Origin: a bacterium
Lineage (GTDB): Bacteria > Margulisbacteria > Marinamargulisbacteria > UBA817 > JAQBTH01
Assembly (NCBI GenBank): GCA_027623425.1
Contig: JAQBTH010000003.1
Span: 1 to 55,435 of the forward strand
DNA length: 55,435 bases
Direction: 5' to 3'
A program made the translations under genes and the position numbers. A model generated the notes under the pieces. It saw only the letters and a list, made by a program, of their open reading frames with translations. It searched no databases and had not been told where the DNA came from. This document shows positions 50,774-55,435 of the stretch, piece after piece. Each line of letters opens with the position of its first letter. Position 1 is the stretch's first letter.

Positions 50774-51034
50774 ATGGCACATAAAAAAGGAAAAGGTAGT
50801 ACTAAAAACGGTCGCGATTCCCAGTCTAAAAGACTTGGCGTAAAGCGCTATGCCGGTGAAGTTGTTTCTGCTGGAAGCATCATCATTCGTCAACGTGGTA
50901 CTAAATTTCATGCTGGTGAGAACGTGGGCGTTGGTAAAGACTTTACCTTATTCGCAAAATCGGATGGCACTGTGAAATTTGAAAATGTGAATCGTCAGAA
51001 AAAACGCGTTGTAATCGTACCGGTTACTGCTTGA
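50774..51034 (+). CDS. rpmA: 50S ribosomal protein L27
   Basis: [23 protein letters not shown]. Confidence 0.98.
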   Translation: MAHKKGKGSTKNGRDSQSKRLGVKRYAGEVVSAGSIIIRQRGTKFHAGENVGVGKDFTLFAKSDGTVKFENVNRQKKRVVIVPVTA

Positions 51035-52041
51035 AGTTTGTTGATCAAGTAACTATTTCTGTGGAGGGGGGCCACGGCGGGGCTGGTGCTGTCAGCTTTC
51101 GCAGAGAGAAGTATGTGCCCAAAGGTGGGCCTGATGGGGGGAAAGGTGGTCGTGGCGGCCACGTTATTTTACTTGCGAGTACATCTGTTCAAACCTTAAT
51201 GGACTTTCGCATGGCGCGGTTATACAAAGCTAAACCAGGTGGAAAAGGTGGAAAAAAAGATTGTAGTGGATCGAATGGACAGGATACGATTGTCCGGGTA
51301 CCTTGTGGCACTATTGTTAGCAATGAAGACGGCGAAATTCTTGCCGATTTGGTGCATGATGGTGAAACCTATATTGTTGCAAAAGGTGGACAAGGTGGCC
51401 GAGGTAATGGGTCCTTTGCAACGTCTACTAATCGTTCCCCACGAATTAGCCAACCGGGCGAACCCGGCGACATACTAAAAGTTCATTTGGAATTAAAATT
51501 ATTAGCTTCAATCGGATTAGTGGGTCTGCCAAATGCTGGAAAATCTACTTTACTAAAAGCGCTTACTGCGGCTTCTGTTCGCATCGCTGACTACCCGTTT
51601 ACAACGCGGTATCCAAACTTAGGTGTATTAAAGTGGGTAGACAAAGAGGCCGTTCTTGCCGATATTCCTGGGCTTATTGAAGGCGCCTCTAAAGGACATG
51701 GACTTGGAACAGAGTTTCTTAGGCATATTGATCGCACAAAATTGTTAATTCATGTTGTGGCATTGGATGCCGATGATACACAAACGCCTCTTACCTCTTT
51801 TGATGTTGTTGTAAAGGAATTATCGACGGCAGAATACAATTTACTTGAGCGTCCAAGCATGTTGGTACTGAATAAATCTGACCTTGTGGATGAGGCGCAC
51901 ACAGCGGCGGTTGTTTCATTGTTTCAAGAACGCGGATTAACACCAATTGTTATTTCAGCGATGGGGCAACTTGGGCTTGAACCACTGAAGGATGAAATTT
52001 ATTATTCACTCTCTCGTCTTGAGGATGCAAAACCGTTATAA
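51031..52041 (+). CDS. obg: GTPase Obg/CgtA (no C-terminal extension)
   Basis: [39 protein letters not shown]; TTG start overlapping the rpmA stop. Confidence 0.97.
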   Translation: MKFVDQVTISVEGGHGGAGAVSFRREKYVPKGGPDGGKGGRGGHVILLASTSVQTLMDFRMARLYKAKPGGKGGKKDCSGSNGQDTIVRVPCGTIVSNEDGEILADLVHDGETYIVAKGGQGGRGNGSFATSTNRSPRISQPGEPGDILKVHLELKLLASIGLVGLPNAGKSTLLKALTAASVRIADYPFTTRYPNLGVLKWVDKEAVLADIPGLIEGASKGHGLGTEFLRHIDRTKLLIHVVALDADDTQTPLTSFDVVVKELSTAEYNLLERPSMLVLNKSDLVDEAHTAAVVSLFQERGLTPIVISAMGQLGLEPLKDEIYYSLSRLEDAKPL

Positions 52042-52048
52042 TAAGGCT

Positions 52049-54100
52049 ATGATTGAATTAATTAAGAGCCATCCGGGGCCCATTATTGTAAAAATGGGAA
52101 CACGGATTTTAACGAATGAATCTGGTGCTTTGGATGAATCGCAAATCAAGTCGATTGCCAAGCAAATTGCCGATATACGACGTACCTATAATAAAAAAGT
52201 GATCCTTGTTAGTTCAGGTTCAATTGCGTGTGGAATGGAATCTGGAAAATATGAGCTTCGGGATATTCCTGATAAGCAGGCTGTGGCATCAGTCGGGCAG
52301 GTTCTTTTAATGACACGTTACCATGATGCATTTAAATCGGAGGCGCTTACCATCGGACAAGTATTAATTACCCGTTATAGCTTCCGTAATGAGATGCGCC
52401 AGAATCACGCAATCGATACGATTAACCGCCTTCTTCAACTGGGTGTTGTGCCTATTATAAACGAAAACGATACGGTTTCGATTGAGGAAATACAGTTTGG
52501 CGATAACGATAGTTTGGCTGCACTTGTGGCCACTTTAATTGATGCCTCTGCGCTAATTTTGATGACCGATACGCACGGGGTTTATACAGCAAATCCAACA
52601 CTCGACTCTAACGCAAAATTGCTATCTGAATTGGTTGGTATTGATGATTCTATTTTTGATTATGTGAATGATGTTGAAAACACAAAGAGTCGTGGTGGCA
52701 TGAAATCAAAACTTTTGGCCGCGAAATCTGCTACTGATAAAGGTGTTCCAACCATTATTTGTCATGGACGGGAGCCTGACCTGTTGATGAAACTATTTAG
52801 CGGTTCAAAACTGGGGACTCACATTAGCCCTCTACCTGAAGCCATGCGATCTAACGTTACCATCGAATCTCAATGTCGCGCGGCCCATAGCGTGAGGGAT
52901 GCGTATGGTTTGGCGTCTACCTCAGTGAAGAATAATGCCCTGGACTTGATGGCTAGTGCTATTGAACGCAATGCGGATAAGATTATACAAGAGAATAAAA
53001 AAGACTTAGCTTTGGGTGAAAAACATGGTTTATCCAAAACCCTGTTAGATCGGCTTACATTAAATGACTCCCGTTTAAAAGGTATGGCCGATAGCCTGCG
53101 CATGATTCGTAAATTGGATGACCCGATAGGCGAAGTTTTGGATCAATGGACCTTAGAAAATAAATTAGTTATTACCAAACAGCGCACCCCGTTTGGCGTA
53201 ATTGGCATCATCTATGAGGCGCGGCCAAATGTGACCGCAGATGCCATCGGTTTAGCGCTAAAATCGGGAAATTCAGTTGTGTTACGCGGTAGTAAGTCCG
53301 CTCGCTATTCGAACAAAGTGATTTCAGAATTGTTACGAAACGCCGCTGTAGAGGCGGGATTACCAGGTGAGGGCATTCAACTTCTAGAAGATGTGACACA
53401 TGAAGGCGTGACTGTATTCGCTCAAACAACTAAATATTTAGACCTTGTGATTCCACGAGGTGGCGACAGCCTTATCAAACGCGTGGTAGACACAGCTAAA
53501 GTGCCGTCTATCGAAACGGGTGTTGGTAACTGTCATGTCTACGTCGATAAAGACGCGAACTTGGATATGGCGGAACCTATTATTATCAATGCCAAAGTGC
53601 AGCGCCCAAGCGTGTGTAACTCTGCTGAAAGCGTGTTGATTCATGCGGATGTGGCTGACGTGTTTGTACCTCGAATTGTGTCTGTTTTACAAGAAAAAGG
53701 CGTTGAAGTACGCGGTTGCGAACGAACGGTTTCGCTTGCATCCGGTGTAGTCGCAGCCACAGAGGCGGACTGGGGCAAGGAGTACTTGGATTTGATTATC
53801 GCGGTAAAAGTGGTGGAGTCCTTGGACGAGGCCATTTCTCATATTGGTCGCTATGGTAGCATGCATTCAGAAGCGATTATTACTGATAATTCTGTGGCTG
53901 CAAAACGCTTTGAACGGGAAATTGATGCAGCCGCTGTATTGCACAATTGTTCGACGCGATTTACGGATGGTGGTGAATTTGGGTTTGGTGCAGAAATGGG
54001 AATATCGACTCAAAAGATGCATGCACGTGGACCGATGGGGTTGAAGGAAATGACATCGTATAAGTATGTTGTCGAAGGCTCTGGCCAAATCAGAGGATAG
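52049..54100 (+). CDS. proBA: Fused glutamate 5-kinase / glutamate-5-semialdehyde dehydrogenase (ProB-ProA)
   Basis: ProB motifs IVKMGT, VSSG, PIINEND, GDNDSL, GGM.SK, then ProA motifs IYEARPNVT, IPRGG, RPSVCNS, GISTQKMHARGP in one frame. Start uncertain (52025 or 52049). Confidence 0.92.
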   Translation: MIELIKSHPGPIIVKMGTRILTNESGALDESQIKSIAKQIADIRRTYNKKVILVSSGSIACGMESGKYELRDIPDKQAVASVGQVLLMTRYHDAFKSEALTIGQVLITRYSFRNEMRQNHAIDTINRLLQLGVVPIINENDTVSIEEIQFGDNDSLAALVATLIDASALILMTDTHGVYTANPTLDSNAKLLSELVGIDDSIFDYVNDVENTKSRGGMKSKLLAAKSATDKGVPTIICHGREPDLLMKLFSGSKLGTHISPLPEAMRSNVTIESQCRAAHSVRDAYGLASTSVKNNALDLMASAIERNADKIIQENKKDLALGEKHGLSKTLLDRLTLNDSRLKGMADSLRMIRKLDDPIGEVLDQWTLENKLVITKQRTPFGVIGIIYEARPNVTADAIGLALKSGNSVVLRGSKSARYSNKVISELLRNAAVEAGLPGEGIQLLEDVTHEGVTVFAQTTKYLDLVIPRGGDSLIKRVVDTAKVPSIETGVGNCHVYVDKDANLDMAEPIIINAKVQRPSVCNSAESVLIHADVADVFVPRIVSVLQEKGVEVRGCERTVSLASGVVAATEADWGKEYLDLIIAVKVVESLDEAISHIGRYGSMHSEAIITDNSVAAKRFEREIDAAAVLHNCSTRFTDGGEFGFGAEMGISTQKMHARGPMGLKEMTSYKYVVEGSGQIRG

Positions 54101-54215
54101 AAATATGGGGGCATGCCGCGTTAGAATAAAACTTCCGGTACTCGATGTATCAGATATACACCTCCGTTCCTCTTTTTTATCCTGCCTTGCCTGACACCAT
54201 ATTTCTATCCTCTGA
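54090..54215. repeat. 19-bp perfect inverted repeat
   Basis: TCAGAGGATAGAAATATGG (54090-54108) and its reverse complement CCATATTTCTATCCTCTGA (54197-54215). Confidence 0.85.
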
Positions 54216-54267
54216 CTGTTTATTTTTTATTCCGTTCCCGAGAAAAATATGCCGCGTTAGAATAAAA
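54113..54267 (+). repeat. 19-bp perfect direct repeat
   Basis: ATGCCGCGTTAGAATAAAA at 54113-54131 and 54249-54267. Confidence 0.85.
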
Positions 54268-54281
54268 TCTCAGGAGAATGA

Positions 54282-54663
54282 TTAGAGTAGCGTCATTAAG
54301 GCGGTACGAAGTTCTGGCAGTAGATGCTCGTGCTTCGCCAATTTACATAGTTCCAATTTAAATGTACTCCTCTGTGCTTCTGTGCCCGCTTCTAATAACA
54401 ATTGAATTGATTTTATAAACTGCGGTAGTCTATCTATTCCTAAAAGAGAGGCGTGATTCGGGTGTTGCTGAAGATAGCGATTTAAATGAGGTAGATTGTA
54501 AATGCTTATGCGCAAGATATCTTGTATATGAGTCTCGTTTAACGGAAGAAACATCACCTCACGAACATCACCACTTCTAGGTGTTAAAATATAGGTTTTC
54601 GAATTTGATAGTAGGCAGAACACATCTGCTTTTATTCGGGTTTTTTCGCCACAATATAAGGTG
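54282..54663 (-). pseudogene. Probable 3-prime remnant of a hypothetical gene interrupted by the IS
   Basis: The frame is open from the IS end to the stop at 54282; the GTG start called at 54674 lies inside the IS terminus. Confidence 0.45.
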
Positions 54664-55435
54664 TGTAATGTCACCAGTTAAGTCAAGCCAATATAAGAGA
54701 GTGTTGACGTGCTAGTTTGTCCTCCTTTCGTTGGTGGTTTTTCATGAATTGTTCAGGTGTGTTGTAGCGTAATGATTGGTGTGGGAAATCGGTATTGTAT
54801 TGAGTCACCCACTTAGCAAATGCTTGCTCAAACTCAAATGGGGACTGCCAATCATAAGGCCAGACGATGTCTTCTTTGAGGGTTCGCATGACGCGTTCAG
54901 TATCGGCGTTGCCTTTTGGGTTGTTCCAGGTGGTGAAGATTTGTTTAATCTTCATTCCAGCACAAGCTTTCATGAACCCTTGAGAGGTAGGCTGGCACCC
55001 GTTATCCGTGACGAGTTTCAGGTCATGTTGTGCGTGTAGAATGCCGTTGGGAAAGCGGGCATTAATCGCCATGTTAAGCGCGGCTAACCAATGGTCTGTT
55101 TTGGACTGAAATGCCACTGAATGGCCAATAATTTCCTTGGTATACCAATCCAACACCACATGGATATAAACCCATCCAAATGACCCAATTTTCACTTTGG
55201 TCATATCCGTTCCCCAAATCTGATTGGGTTGTATCCGCCCGTGGCTTTGGCTTAATGGGCACACGCTTGGCTAATAAACGGCTTTGCTTGGTGATAATCA
55301 GTCGGTTTTCTTTCATGATACGGTAAATCCGATTTTTCCCCACCACAATACCGTCTCTGTAGCGCAAATAGGCCCACACGCGCCGATATCCCCACAATGG
55401 ATGCTCACTTTTGATGCTGGCAATCTGTACTAACA
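54664..55435 (-). mobile_element. IS3-family insertion sequence, right part (truncated by window end)
   Basis: OrfB motifs plus a terminus ending in CA on the minus strand (plus strand TGTAATGTCACCAGTTAAGTCAAG from 54664). Confidence 0.8.
54683..55435 (-). pseudogene. IS3-family transposase OrfB with internal frameshift
   Basis: WGYRRVWAYL...KNRIYRIM in one frame; PNQIWGTDMT, DNGCQ, N...ER..RTLKE (DDE) in another. The two join if one G at ~55235 is removed. Confidence 0.82.

Noticed and set aside
54113-54267. CRISPR array
   Set aside because: Only two 19-bp copies with a 117-bp spacer, and no cas genes in the window.
55074-55397. Programmed -1 frameshift joining the two transposase ORFs
   Set aside because: Both ORFs are parts of OrfB, the shift needs removal of one base, and there is no slippery sequence at the junction.

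Overview
Bacterial chromosomal window, almost entirely on the minus strand. The core (17.2-50.1 kb) is a continuous translation/transcription supercluster: tRNA-Trp, secE, nusG, rplKAJL, rpoBC, str, S10, spc, adk-map-infA-rpmJ, alpha, truA, rplM, rpsI, then serA. It lacks rpmD (L30), has a short RpoB and an unsplit RpoC with a ~230-aa trigger-loop insertion. This suggests a Terrabacteria lineage, possibly a non-photosynthetic relative of Cyanobacteria such as Margulisbacteria (inference only). Directly downstream is a tightly coupled accessory operon (8.5-17.1 kb): TPR-GT32, GT2-TPR, a SAM methyltransferase, GT4 and two tandem paralogous SelO/YdiU-like kinase-fold proteins. Next (0-7.6 kb) is an unusual export-apparatus-like operon: two small helical-hairpin proteins resembling type III needle/inner-rod subunits, several novel coiled-coil proteins and a degenerate flagellar rod/hook (FlgG/FlgE-family) gene. 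It is followed by a large Cys-His-Asp transglutaminase-like gene that the ORF track missed. The operon and that gene share a sigma28-like upstream motif. The right end carries rplU-rpmA-obg, a fused ProB-ProA, a composite direct/inverted repeat and a frameshifted IS3-family element. All family assignments come from motifs recognised by eye; no searches were run.
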